The notes: generated from the sequence alone by a model not told the origin. A DNA stretch of 64,000 nucleotides from an uncultured delta proteobacterium (GCA_963712115.1 CAVQGX010000017.1:1-64000); one strand, 5' to 3'. Positions 30,690-40,939 are shown, numbered from the stretch's first letter. Translations and numbers: made by a program.

Positions 30690-32720
30690 ATGACGGTATC
30701 TGATCCGGTGAAGCAATTGGATGCCATTCTAAGGCCTAAGAGTGTGGCGGTCATTGGAGCCTCCACCAGCCCTGACAAGCTGGGTCATGAGATTCTGAGA
30801 AACATCTTGGCCGGCGGTTTCAAAGGTGCCGTTTATCCAATCAATCCCAAAGCTGATGCGATCCTCGACCTTCCCTGCCATGGAAATGTGAAGGATCTGC
30901 AGAAGCCGCCCGATCTGGCCGTACTCATAATACCGGCCCGCTTCGTCCCGCAGGCTGTGCAGGATTGTGGTGAGATAGGTGTCAAAGGTGCGGTGATCAT
31001 AACTGGTGGATTCAGCGAGGCTGGACCAGAAGGTGAAGAATTGCAGAACCAGACAACTGAATTATCGCTCAAATATGGGGTGAGGCTCATCGGGCCCAAC
31101 TGCCAGGGGGTGAACAATCCCCACCACCCAATCTGCGCTTCCTGGCCCCTGCTCACCTACCGCGGCAAGGTAGCGGTCATCTCCCAGAGCGGCACCGTAG
31201 GAGCCGCTATGATGGACTGGTTTTCCGAGGAGAAGCTCGGCGTTTCAAGTTTTGTCAGCATGGGCAACCGCGCCGATGTGGATGAGGCCGATCTTATCGA
31301 CTACTTCAACCAAGATGACAACACTGAGGTTATTGCAGCATACATCGAGGGGATAAAGAGGGCTGATCGCTTCGTGCAAGTCATGGAAAGATTGCAAAAA
31401 CCATTAGTTGTGCTTAAGTCCGGTCGCACGCCCAAGGGCAAGGTTGCCGCAGAATCACACACCAAAGCCCTTGCCGGCGCAGATGCCATCTATGATTCCC
31501 TTTTTGCAAAACATAACATTTGCCGGGCCTACACTATGGAGGAGTTCTACGACTACGCCAAGGCAGTCGCTTACCTCAAACCACCAAAAGGCAACAAGAT
31601 TCTTTTCATCACCACCTCTGGCGGCGCCGCTATCCTTGCCACGGATCAGGCCGAACAGGAAGGAATTGACGCCTCTCCTTTGCCGCCCAAAGTGGCTGAG
31701 GCCATTACTCCTCTAATCCCAGCCCATGCCATTAAGGCCAACCCAATAGACCTTACCGGCGATGCCACCGCCAAGATGTTTGCAGAGGTTATCCGAGAAA
31801 CTAGGGATCACTTCGACACCCTGGGGGTGATTTTTGGGGATCCGGTGGAAGGTGCTTCAGAGGTTGTGACTCCTGAGGCCAATGAACTGGTTATTTTTCT
31901 GGGCGGAGCCGATGTGGAAAGACGGGAGCGTGAACTCATGCATTTAAAAGGGATACCAGTATTTCCTACCCCTGAACGGGGTGTCAAGGCACTGGCCCAG
32001 GTCTTGGACCGCAGCATCCTTTCTCCGCCTCAAGAACCTACCCTGACCCTTTCCACTACTGGGAGGCAACTGCCGCCCCACGAGGCCCTTTTGCTTATTG
32101 CTGAAAGGGGTTTAAACTGCTCTCCTTTCGGCCTGGCCGATAGCCCTAGCAGAGCCAGCGAAATTGCTCAACAGCAGGGATTCCCTGTAGCTCTTAAAAT
32201 CAGTTCCCCCGACATAGTGCACAAAAGCGATGCTGGCGGGGTAGTACTGAACCTGGACACCCCTGAAGCAGTAGAAAAGGGTTACGGCCAAGTGGTGGAA
32301 AGAGTTCGCAAAGCTCTTCCCCAGGCGGCTATAGATGGTGTTTTGGTGAATAAGATGGCCCCACCTGGTCAGGAAGTTATCATAGGCATGAACCGCGATC
32401 CCCAGTTTGGCCCAATCATCCTTTTTGGGCTTGGTGGTGTCCTGGTGGAGATTTTCCGCGACGTGGCACTCCGCCATCTACCTCTCAGTCGAGAGGATGC
32501 TCTAGGGATGATCCAAGAAATTAGGGGATATCCAATACTTGCTGGGTATCGAGGGCAAGCACCAGTAAATCTCCAACCACTGGCCGACTGCCTACTAGCG
32601 GTTGCCCAGATAGCCGAAGAGTATCCGAAAATAGTGGAGATTGATTTAAACCCGGTGTTCGCTTACCCACAAGGAATCCTGGTGGCAGACGCCAGGATCA
32701 TCATGGAGGAGGGCAACTAA
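30690..32720 (+). CDS. ADP-forming acyl-CoA synthetase (fused alpha/beta)
   Basis: SVAVIGAS, GPNCQG, SQSG, ESHT phospho-His, NPIDL, HKSDAGGV and EIDLNP. Confidence 0.92.
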   Translation: MTVSDPVKQLDAILRPKSVAVIGASTSPDKLGHEILRNILAGGFKGAVYPINPKADAILDLPCHGNVKDLQKPPDLAVLIIPARFVPQAVQDCGEIGVKGAVIITGGFSEAGPEGEELQNQTTELSLKYGVRLIGPNCQGVNNPHHPICASWPLLTYRGKVAVISQSGTVGAAMMDWFSEEKLGVSSFVSMGNRADVDEADLIDYFNQDDNTEVIAAYIEGIKRADRFVQVMERLQKPLVVLKSGRTPKGKVAAESHTKALAGADAIYDSLFAKHNICRAYTMEEFYDYAKAVAYLKPPKGNKILFITTSGGAAILATDQAEQEGIDASPLPPKVAEAITPLIPAHAIKANPIDLTGDATAKMFAEVIRETRDHFDTLGVIFGDPVEGASEVVTPEANELVIFLGGADVERRERELMHLKGIPVFPTPERGVKALAQVLDRSILSPPQEPTLTLSTTGRQLPPHEALLLIAERGLNCSPFGLADSPSRASEIAQQQGFPVALKISSPDIVHKSDAGGVVLNLDTPEAVEKGYGQVVERVRKALPQAAIDGVLVNKMAPPGQEVIIGMNRDPQFGPIILFGLGGVLVEIFRDVALRHLPLSREDALGMIQEIRGYPILAGYRGQAPVNLQPLADCLLAVAQIAEEYPKIVEIDLNPVFAYPQGILVADARIIMEEGN

Positions 32721-32932
32721 TGGAATGATGGAACCAATATTCCACTATTTCTTTCGGGTCTGAGGCCAACTGAGACAAAATCCCTGAGTTTCTCTTTTTT
32801 GTAGTAAGCCATAGTAATATTAGATAAAATGGAGTTGATAACTAAAACTATTGTTTTTAGGCACGGTCGGCTGCCGCGCCCTGATGTAGTTACGGATCCG
32901 CTTGAGTTGTGACCCGGTAGAAAGGCAAGAGG

Positions 32933-33871
32933 ATGACGATCCCCCACTGGCTCATCGTCCGGCTCAAAAACCAGTATCCTATGCTCCACTATCTGACTGA
33001 GCGCACCTTCGGAGTGGAGATCGAGTTTTACGGCTTGGAATACGTCCTCACTCCACCAGATGCGGGAATTATCAAACCTTACAACATCTACTCCAAAGCC
33101 AGAGATGGGAGAAGTTTCTCCCAGCTCTACCGGCAATCCAAGATTAACCTTGGTACCGATAGGAATTCTTGGCACTTCGAGGAAGACACCTCGGTTAGAG
33201 GCAGGCTTCGCACCCGCTACGGCGCCGAACTCATTAGTCCAATACTTACCGGTATCGAAGGTCTGGTACAAATTTATCAAGCTTTTATGTTTTTGAATGA
33301 ACTTGAAGGAGTGGATATTGACGAGAGTTGCGGTTTCCACGTTCATCACGGAGTCGATTCCGGGGTGTACTCCTGTGAACAGCTCAAAAAGTTAGTGAGG
33401 ATCGTCCACCCCATGGAAAAGCTCTTTTACCTTTTAATCCCGGGAGAACGACAAAACCGCACGACTTGTCGTCCCATGGAAATTGATGTCAAAGCATTTT
33501 TGCAGGAATGTGATCCCGTGTGTGGCCCAAACAACTGCCGCTTAAAGAGACTATGGTACTCGTCTGAAAACCGCTATGATCCTGAGCAAGCCAAACAGCC
33601 CCGCTATGACAAGACTCGCTATCACGGTCTGAATCTGCACTCATATTGGTTTCGCTCCACCATCGAATTTCGCTACCACTCAGCTGTGCTCCACCACATT
33701 GACGAAGCCATGCAATGGATCATCTTCAGCCAGTTTCTTGTTGAGATGAGTCAAGGAAACATACCGGCAATCAACTTTCATGCCGATGGTAACAAATGGC
33801 TGCAGGCTCTCTACGTGATCTACCACGATCTGGGCTATTCTTACCTCATCAAAAATATGTCTTCTAATTGA
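32933..33871 (+). CDS. Amidoligase_2-type COOH-NH2 ligase (glutamine synthetase/GCS fold)
   Basis: TFGVEIEF, W...D.S, ELISPIL, CGFHVH, RY..LN and TIEFR motifs. Confidence 0.85.
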   Translation: MTIPHWLIVRLKNQYPMLHYLTERTFGVEIEFYGLEYVLTPPDAGIIKPYNIYSKARDGRSFSQLYRQSKINLGTDRNSWHFEEDTSVRGRLRTRYGAELISPILTGIEGLVQIYQAFMFLNELEGVDIDESCGFHVHHGVDSGVYSCEQLKKLVRIVHPMEKLFYLLIPGERQNRTTCRPMEIDVKAFLQECDPVCGPNNCRLKRLWYSSENRYDPEQAKQPRYDKTRYHGLNLHSYWFRSTIEFRYHSAVLHHIDEAMQWIIFSQFLVEMSQGNIPAINFHADGNKWLQALYVIYHDLGYSYLIKNMSSN

Positions 33872-34011
33872 ACGAAGCGAAATTTCTTCTGCCACCTTGT
33901 GATTCACCTGCCCAACTCCCGCTAGCAGTCGACCTGGTGTTCGAGGGTAAAGCACTAAAGCCAGGCAAAGCTTATTACCTCAACATTTATTTAATTTCAG
34001 TGGAGATTAAC

Positions 34012-34752
34012 ATGTGTGACATTTTTGCTCTCTCGGCAGGCCATAACTACACCGCCAAAGATTATCTTCCTGTTTTCGCCGAAAAGGCCAAACAGAATAT
34101 GAATGGCTGGGGTATTGGATTTTTTCGAAATGGAAGTGCCTTGGTGGAAAAATCATCCGAGCAAGTCATGATTGGTGATCAAGTGCACGAGGGCTTCCAG
34201 CGATTGGCCCGGGTTATTGACAGCCGGATTATCGTCTCTCACATAAGCTGTCCTTTGAGCGGCGGTAGCCATAGTGCTCACAACAATCCTTTCTCCCTGT
34301 CTTTTTTGGACCACACCTGGCTCTTTGTTAATGTCGGTAAACACCACGACATCGAACAATACCAGACTATCAATGAGCCCCGTCTGGAGCCTGAGGTCAA
34401 CGCTGCTAGGATCTTTGAGTATCTCAGGGATCATTTGGTAATTCGGATGAATAGTTACCCCTATGGGAGTCTTTACGGGGCTCTCCGCGATGTCATCCGT
34501 GAGCTCTTATCAGACTACCCCGGCTTTTACACCTTTTTCCTGGCCAATGAATCAGTGCTCTTTGGATTTTCCAATTTCCGGCGACTTCTTTTGATTAAAA
34601 AGACCGAGACCATTGGAGATATCCTGATTGTCACCTCCGTTAAAGAACGGATCAGTCCAGGGGGATGGGTTCCCATCAAGCCTGGTAAAAATTCACTGGG
34701 CAAGCTAATGGTTATCGCCGGTCCGGATGTTTTGTATTTAGGCGACATATAA
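34012..34752 (+). CDS. Class-II glutamine amidotransferase-like protein, degenerate
   Basis: Start reassigned to ATG 34012 (GGAG RBS), giving Met-Cys; GWGIG is kept but the HxR, HNG and DS motifs are altered. Confidence 0.8.
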   Translation: MCDIFALSAGHNYTAKDYLPVFAEKAKQNMNGWGIGFFRNGSALVEKSSEQVMIGDQVHEGFQRLARVIDSRIIVSHISCPLSGGSHSAHNNPFSLSFLDHTWLFVNVGKHHDIEQYQTINEPRLEPEVNAARIFEYLRDHLVIRMNSYPYGSLYGALRDVIRELLSDYPGFYTFFLANESVLFGFSNFRRLLLIKKTETIGDILIVTSVKERISPGGWVPIKPGKNSLGKLMVIAGPDVLYLGDI

Positions 34753-34756
34753 AAGA

Positions 34757-34823
34757 CGCTAAGCGCATAGCGTCCTCTCATCATAGGGATCCTACGCTAT
34801 GCGCCTCGCTCTCTGCGCTTTGC
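34757..34823. repeat. GCGCATAGCG/CGCTATGCGC palindrome
   Basis: The same or similar arms recur near 28024, 42754, 44176, 49635 and 57630. Confidence 0.7.
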
Positions 34824-34841
34824 GGCAAACGAAGTGAGCCA

Positions 34842-35588
34842 ATGTGCGATTTATTTGTTTTCTCGGCAGGAAAAGATTATTCCGCCCCTAAGTCTTTGCC
34901 CCTTTTCGCCAAACAAGCCAGCAAAAACATGGATGGCTGGGGCATAGGGTACTTCAAGAAATATAAAGCTTTTGTGGAAAAATCGGCAGACAGGGCATAC
35001 TTGGCCGGACGGGTTCACGACGGCTTTCAGAGGCTTGCTCGGGTGGTAAACAGTAGGATCATCCTCTGTCATGTTCGTCTTCAAACCAGCGGTCCGGTGG
35101 ATGAGTGTCACGCCCATCCCTTCGTCCTCGAATTCGGCGGCCATAATTGGCTTTTTGCCCATAACGGAAAAGCTCCCGAGGTCGAGAACTACCGCACTAT
35201 GGGCCCTCCCATCGAGGGTGCTCAAAGTGATTCAGCCAGAGCTTTCGAGTATTTGCGGGACCGGATAACCTCCCATTTTCAAAGCCCCCCTAAGCCCTTG
35301 CCCGCTTTATTCGAGGCTTTACACCACAGTACGGCACAACTTTTAGAAGATTATCCAGGCAACTATAACTATCTGTTAACCAACGGCTGGGTTCTCTTTG
35401 CCTTCACCAATCATCGCCAGTTTATGATTTTGAAAAGAAGCAGGAAATTGGAAGGCGGTCTAATGCTTACCACCCTGGAGCGTGGCCTTAGTGATGAGAA
35501 CTGGATGAGGCTAGCGAAAAGCACCAACAGACAAGGACTACTTCTGATGATCTCGGGAACAGATATAATCTACCGGGAATCACTTTAG
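34842..35588 (+). CDS. Class-II glutamine amidotransferase (YafJ/EgtC/Dug3-like)
   Basis: MC N-terminus with DGWGIG, HVR..T.G, HPF, FAHNG and SDS motifs. Confidence 0.88.
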   Translation: MCDLFVFSAGKDYSAPKSLPLFAKQASKNMDGWGIGYFKKYKAFVEKSADRAYLAGRVHDGFQRLARVVNSRIILCHVRLQTSGPVDECHAHPFVLEFGGHNWLFAHNGKAPEVENYRTMGPPIEGAQSDSARAFEYLRDRITSHFQSPPKPLPALFEALHHSTAQLLEDYPGNYNYLLTNGWVLFAFTNHRQFMILKRSRKLEGGLMLTTLERGLSDENWMRLAKSTNRQGLLLMISGTDIIYRESL

Positions 35589-35744
35589 TCACCTTTAATC
35601 ACCTCTAATAAACAGCCAAATTCACCCTGTATGTAAGACACACCGACCAGCCATATTACTTATCTTTCTTTCTATAAACTACTGACATAACGAGATTTAT
35701 CAGAAATATTACCCATTTCTTACCGTGTATAAAATGGGTAAAAG

Positions 35745-36590
35745 TTACCAGAGGCGGCGGGCCAGGGGATGCTCCATCCTGGGGATTAGTTGAATGGCTT
35801 TATGCTCGCAATGACTCCGGCACACACCACAGCCGTAGCAGCGAAGCGGATCGATGAAGGCAATTTTGCGAGCCGCCACAAAACTTATGGCACCGAACTG
35901 ACACGCCGAAAGGCAAGCTCGGCAACCACTGCAGATCTCCTCGGAGGTCTGGGCCAAGTACTCTCCTCGAAAAAAAAGATGAAAGCCGTAGCGATCACTC
36001 AGCAAAGCCAGGCAATCGGCCCGATCGCAGTTGCATAGGCCACCAATAAAGGGTGTTTTGAAAGTCCAGAGGGAGTGTATTAAGGACTCCTTTTCATAGG
36101 CCCGCAGCAATGCCAGTGCTTCATCTTTACTCATATATTCGAAGAGATCCACATCCGGCCCTGGACTAAAGGTCTCGAGGAAAGCTTCTTTTATGTCTAG
36201 AAGCTTTTCAGGATCAAGGCTAAGACCAAAACAGTAGCGCGCATTATTATTTCCGGTGCTATTTTTCCGGCAGATGCAGGGTAGTCTGACAATTGAGCCT
36301 GCCAGAGTCAAAACTTCCTCCAGATCTTCCAGAGGTACCACCTGGCCAAAATGGTCTCTTCGGTAGCGTCGCTCGTAAAACCAATAATAGAGTTGTCTTA
36401 ACCATGATGGTGCTTTCAGCCCTAAGTGAAATTTCTTTTCCAGCTCAGCCACATGGCCGTTACCAATATCCAGGATGAAATCTTTGATGTATTGACGCCT
36501 CTGCAGATCAGCCAGAAGATCCTGGGAATAATGCTCTGCTTTGAGGTACCACTTTTTTCCTTCGCCATGCTGGTGACAGAACTGGCACAT
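35745..36590 (-). CDS. 4Fe-4S dicluster domain protein
   Basis: CSGCRACLSAC and CYGCGVCRSHC at the C-terminus; additional CxC motifs. Confidence 0.85.
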   Translation of the reverse strand: MCQFCHQHGEGKKWYLKAEHYSQDLLADLQRRQYIKDFILDIGNGHVAELEKKFHLGLKAPSWLRQLYYWFYERRYRRDHFGQVVPLEDLEEVLTLAGSIVRLPCICRKNSTGNNNARYCFGLSLDPEKLLDIKEAFLETFSPGPDVDLFEYMSKDEALALLRAYEKESLIHSLWTFKTPFIGGLCNCDRADCLALLSDRYGFHLFFRGEYLAQTSEEICSGCRACLSACQFGAISFVAARKIAFIDPLRCYGCGVCRSHCEHKAIQLIPRMEHPLARRLW

Positions 36591-36703
36591 AAACTTTTAA
36601 AAACCTCTCGCCATGCTTTCAAACTGGGCCATAAACTCATCGAGCAAAACAACACCACTTACCCAAATGTGGTCTAACCGCAAATGGGTAAATGATTCTG
36701 TGT

Positions 36704-37570
36704 TCATTCAAAGTACTCTACTGCGTTGCGGAAAATCTTTATGCCGTAGCCTTCCGGGGGATAGGGTTCGCCGCGGCGACGGTAGTGCTCCTTTAGGCGG
36801 GTCCAATCCGGGTGGTTGGTCCAGTGATTGAAAGCCTCGGGGTGCGGCATTATTCCGAATACCCTCCCGGTAGAATCGCAGATGCCGGCGATATCTTTTA
36901 AGGAACCATTGGGATTTGCAGGAAAGCGGCCGTCGGCGGTCTTGCCCTCGCTGTCGGCATAACGGACCACAACCTGATTGTTTTCCTCAAGATTCTTGAT
37001 CACCGATTCCTCGGCGTAGAACTTGCCCTCCCCGTGGCGAACCGGTAACTCCAAATTTTCCAAGCCTCGGGTGAACACACATGGTGAATTTGTCTCAACT
37101 TTGAGGTGCACCCATTGGTCGCGAAAATTGCCGCAGTCGTTGCCGATGAGAGCCACCTTACGGGAGCGATAATCACCTTCAAAACCCGGCAGCAATCCCA
37201 GATTCACCATAGCCTGAAACCCATTACAAATGCCGATAACCAGATTTCCTTTTTCGATAAACCTGAGTATCTCCTCGCCCATATTGTACAACAGCTTGCT
37301 GGCAAAAATTACCCCGGCACCGTGGTCGTCACCCCAGGAAAAACCGCCGATAAAGGCAAAAATCTGGTAGTCGTCCAAACGGGCAACCTCACCAATTTTT
37401 TCACCCATGAGAAGCTGGTTAATGTGGACTCTTCTGGCCTCGGCCCCAGCCAATTCAAGGGCATGAGTGGTCTCCCAATCGCAGTTCAAACCGAAGCCGG
37501 TCAGCACAAGTGCTTTAGGGGCACTGCGAATGCGGGAGGTGGAAGGTGCAATGTTCTTGTTTTTATCCAT
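36704..37570 (-). CDS. purQ: FGAM synthase glutaminase subunit
   Basis: GGFSWGD, GICNGFQ, HGEG, NPNGS and MPHPE motifs. Confidence 0.95.
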   Translation of the reverse strand: MDKNKNIAPSTSRIRSAPKALVLTGFGLNCDWETTHALELAGAEARRVHINQLLMGEKIGEVARLDDYQIFAFIGGFSWGDDHGAGVIFASKLLYNMGEEILRFIEKGNLVIGICNGFQAMVNLGLLPGFEGDYRSRKVALIGNDCGNFRDQWVHLKVETNSPCVFTRGLENLELPVRHGEGKFYAEESVIKNLEENNQVVVRYADSEGKTADGRFPANPNGSLKDIAGICDSTGRVFGIMPHPEAFNHWTNHPDWTRLKEHYRRRGEPYPPEGYGIKIFRNAVEYFE

Positions 37571-37574
37571 AACG

Positions 37575-37888
37575 TCCGTTGTCAGTCGTCCGTTGTCTGT
37601 TGTTGAAATCGTTAAAGCCTTTTAAATCGTTCAAATCGTAAGAGCTCAAGTAGTCAGTAGCCAGAATGGATTTGCCTTATCGGGCGGGGCTAAACCCCGC
37701 CCCTACAATTCTTAATTGTCAAAGCTCACTTTTCGCGTCTCGCTCGTCTCGCCAGTCTCGCAGTTCCCCTGTGCCTTGCGCCCTGCGCCTTGTGCCTCTG
37801 ACTCTATGCCCTATGCTCTTTGCCTACTGGATTCTGACTCCTGGCTCCTGTCTCCTTACTCTATGCTCCATGCTCTATGCCCTATGCG
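37575..37888. repeat. Mosaic of heptamer repeats containing a GTAG-type REP hairpin (37682..37706)
   Basis: Minus strand GTAG-GGGCGGGG-TTTAG-CCCCGCCC; 37743..37791 is nearly identical to 44270..44318. Confidence 0.7.
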
Positions 37889-37890
37889 GT

Positions 37891-40800
37891 TTATAGATTA
37901 GCGAAAGTCTTCTTCCAGGACTTTTTGAGTTGCTGGAGGTTAACAGTGAAAAGAACCTTACCAGCCAAGCCCCGAATTTTGAGTTTCTTTCCTCCAGTCA
38001 CCCGGCCAAAACAAGCGCACGGCAAACCTTTGAATATCTCTTCAAATTGAGCTCTGTCTTCCGGCGCAACAGTGACAATAAATCGCCCTGCCGACTCGGA
38101 ATAGAGTAAGATGTCATTTCGTTTGACTCCCTCCGCGGGAATCTTGGCCAGTTCCACTTCCAAACCAAGACCCCCAGCCATAGCCACCAAGGCCAAATGG
38201 ACTCCTAGACCTCCGCGGTAGATGCCATGGGCTGAGGCAACCAGTTCGGCACCAATAGCTTCCTCTAAGGCCCGGTACAGAGGTAGTACCTCTTCAAGCC
38301 TCACCTGCGGCACCTTGAGTCCAGTATATCCGCATAAATCATAATACTCAGAGCCAGCCAACTCGTTTCGGATAAATCCCAGAGCGTAGAGCAAGTCACC
38401 TTCCATTTTAGCGTCCATGGTGATGCACCGTTGCACATCTTCAATGACACTAGTGGAGGTGAACTGAAGGGTCTCGAGGCCGGAGATCTTGTGCCTTTCA
38501 CCGAAGTATCCCTCCAGGTTGCCATCAACATACATGCTGTCCTTACCGGAAAGTAGGGGTATACCAAAACCGAGACAGTAGTCTCTCAGGGCCCAGTTGG
38601 CTCTTACCAGCTGGGCCGCCTTCAGTTTGCCGTCGGGATTGCTCTCAGGATGATACTGAATGTTGGGCCAACAAAAATTGTCTACTCCTCCCAGGTGCTC
38701 TAGACTACCTCCCACGGCCAGTAGTCGTCTTACTGCCTCGTCTATGGTATAGGCAGCCATGTGGTAAGCGTCAATACGAGAGTAGGTGGGGTTTAGCGCT
38801 TGGGCGGTGGCCAAACCCCTAAGCGAGTCGAGACGGGGGCGCAATACCACGGCATCGTTGGGCACGTCTCTCTCAACCCCCACCAGATGCTTGATCACAC
38901 TTGTTCCTTGTACCTCGTGGTCATATTGTCGAACTATCCATTCTTTGGAGCAGATGTTCGGGCGGCTGAGCATGGTGAGAAGAATTCGCCTGTGATCCTC
39001 GGGAGGACCAAGGACTGGTTCCCTGAGTCCTCTATACTCCGGTGGCACCCATTCCGCTTCAAACTCCCATTGAGGGAAACCGGACTCGAGCAAGTCCAAA
39101 TCCACGTAGGCGCAGGTTTTACCCTGGTAGGTGATGTGCAGCTTGCCGTTGTCTGTGTATTGCCCCAAGACCGTGCTCTCAACCTCATGCTTCCGGGAAA
39201 GTTGCATGAAGCGCTCCAGATGCTCCGGTCTTATCGCCACGGTCATTCTTTCCTGGCTTTCAGACACCCAGATTTCCCAAAGGTCCAGTCCCTCATATTT
39301 CAGCGGTACCTTGTCCAACTCCACCAAGGCCCCCTGGGAAAATCTGGCCGACTCGCCTATAGATGAAGAGAGCCCGCCGCCGCCGTTATCAGTAATGAAA
39401 GCAATCAATCCCTCATCCCGCGCTTCCAGAAGGAAATCATGCATCTTTTTCTGAGTGTAGGGATCGCCTATCTGAACATGGCCTGCAGGGGTATGCTCGC
39501 TATAAATCTCACTGGAGGCTGTCACCCCGTGGATACCATCTTTTCCTACCCGGCCGCCGCACATGACTAGCAAATCACCCGCTTTGGTTGTTTTTTCCTC
39601 GCACGGCGTACCTGAGACAGTGGCCGGCATCAGTCCCAGGGCAGTGACAAAAACCAGGCATTTTCCCATATAACCGTGATCGAAAAACACTTGGCCGTAA
39701 GGAGTAGGAATACCGCTTTTGTTACCTCCATCCCGCACTCCTTCAATGACCCCGTCCAGCAGCCGTCGGGGGTGGAGGTGGGGTTTGAGTGGGCCACCAT
39801 AATCCCGGTAACCGACGCAATAACCGTAGGTGCCGGCAATCAGTTTTGAACCCTTGCCTGTTCCCATTGGGTCCCTATACACCCCCACGATACCGGTAAG
39901 GGCGCCACCGTATGCTTCCATGTTGGAGGGGCTGTTGTGGGTTTCTCCTGTAATCACATAGTAGGTATCCTGGTCGAAGCGAGCCACTCCAGCATTGTCC
40001 CACAGCACAGAGACAACCCAACCCTTTCTTTCTTTCAGTTCCAGGGTGGGCGATTCAATACAGGTTTTGAATAGGTTGTCTACCACTTCGGTCTCGCCTG
40101 TGACCAGATCCCGATAAAAAAACTTACCGCGAAAGGTATTGTGATTGCAGTGGTCGCTCCTCGCCTGGGAAATGTACTCCAGCTCCACATCAGTGGGATC
40201 AGCTAGGCCAACCTTGCGCCGGGCGGCACGTACCTCAGGTCGAAGGAAATAGGAACGAATTACTGGAATGTCGTTGGGATGGAGGGCCAGATTGCGCTCC
40301 TGACTCAAACTCTTTAACTCCTCATCACTTGAGATGGAGAGGGTTGCCACCGAGGGCTCATGGGCGAGTCGAACCTTGGGCACGATGATGCCGATTCCTT
40401 CCTTGGCATTCCATTCTTCCCCAGAGTAGATTTTCCATTGCTGGATCAGGTCATTTGCCAGTAGCTCCCTAGCGATCCTCTCCACCAACCTGTAGCCTCT
40501 TTTGTCATTAGCCAACCTTTGTCCCCGAAGAAGATAGAGTCGAGAGGTGTATGCAGCCTCCCCGGGTTGGAACCTAATTTTGAAAAGATCTTCCATTGCT
40601 TCCACTGCAGTGCTTCCCTGGTTGTCTCGCACTCCAGGACGAAAACCAACCCAGATTGCCCAGTCAAAGTTAGTGGCCAGTGGCTCAAATGAAGATATCT
40701 GAGTGACCGGATTGGTAAAGATGCGGTGACGAGCTGATTCTAGCTGCTCCTCGGTAAGCTTGGCGTCTATGGTAAGGATGTGAATGGTGCGGACTTGGTC

Positions 40801-40899
40801 CAGATGAATATTAAAGTAGTCCCGCGCTTTACGCCTGATTGCCTCTCCTTCGGCATCAAAGAGCTCCACTTTGAGGGTGATCTCCAGACGGGCAACCAC
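37891..40899 (-). CDS. purL: FGAM synthase synthetase subunit with N-terminal PurS-like region
   Basis: SDHCNH, ETHNSPS, DNGGGGL, SESQERM, QYDHEV and GKDSM motifs. Confidence 0.95.
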   Translation of the reverse strand: MVARLEITLKVELFDAEGEAIRRKARDYFNIHLDQVRTIHILTIDAKLTEEQLESARHRIFTNPVTQISSFEPLATNFDWAIWVGFRPGVRDNQGSTAVEAMEDLFKIRFQPGEAAYTSRLYLLRGQRLANDKRGYRLVERIARELLANDLIQQWKIYSGEEWNAKEGIGIIVPKVRLAHEPSVATLSISSDEELKSLSQERNLALHPNDIPVIRSYFLRPEVRAARRKVGLADPTDVELEYISQARSDHCNHNTFRGKFFYRDLVTGETEVVDNLFKTCIESPTLELKERKGWVVSVLWDNAGVARFDQDTYYVITGETHNSPSNMEAYGGALTGIVGVYRDPMGTGKGSKLIAGTYGYCVGYRDYGGPLKPHLHPRRLLDGVIEGVRDGGNKSGIPTPYGQVFFDHGYMGKCLVFVTALGLMPATVSGTPCEEKTTKAGDLLVMCGGRVGKDGIHGVTASSEIYSEHTPAGHVQIGDPYTQKKMHDFLLEARDEGLIAFITDNGGGGLSSSIGESARFSQGALVELDKVPLKYEGLDLWEIWVSESQERMTVAIRPEHLERFMQLSRKHEVESTVLGQYTDNGKLHITYQGKTCAYVDLDLLESGFPQWEFEAEWVPPEYRGLREPVLGPPEDHRRILLTMLSRPNICSKEWIVRQYDHEVQGTSVIKHLVGVERDVPNDAVVLRPRLDSLRGLATAQALNPTYSRIDAYHMAAYTIDEAVRRLLAVGGSLEHLGGVDNFCWPNIQYHPESNPDGKLKAAQLVRANWALRDYCLGFGIPLLSGKDSMYVDGNLEGYFGERHKISGLETLQFTSTSVIEDVQRCITMDAKMEGDLLYALGFIRNELAGSEYYDLCGYTGLKVPQVRLEEVLPLYRALEEAIGAELVASAHGIYRGGLGVHLALVAMAGGLGLEVELAKIPAEGVKRNDILLYSESAGRFIVTVAPEDRAQFEEIFKGLPCACFGRVTGGKKLKIRGLAGKVLFTVNLQQLKKSWKKTFANL

Positions 40900-40939
40900 G
40901 AATAACTCGCTTTCTCTGACCAGGGTTCATAGGCCGGGC

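Noticed and set aside
32855-32930. Possible sigma54 promoter or hammerhead ribozyme before the amidoligase
   Set aside because: GG-to-GC spacing is off by one, and CTGATGT does not match the CUGANGA core.
32717-33349. 210-aa minus-strand ORF, and other long antisense ORFs such as 23293..23943, 38800..39366 and 52759..53358
   Set aside because: They lie opposite well-supported genes and carry no motifs of their own.
33868-34011. N-terminal extension of the first GATase in the ORF track
   Set aside because: Class-II GATases need Cys at the mature N-terminus; the RBS and ATG at 34012 fit this.
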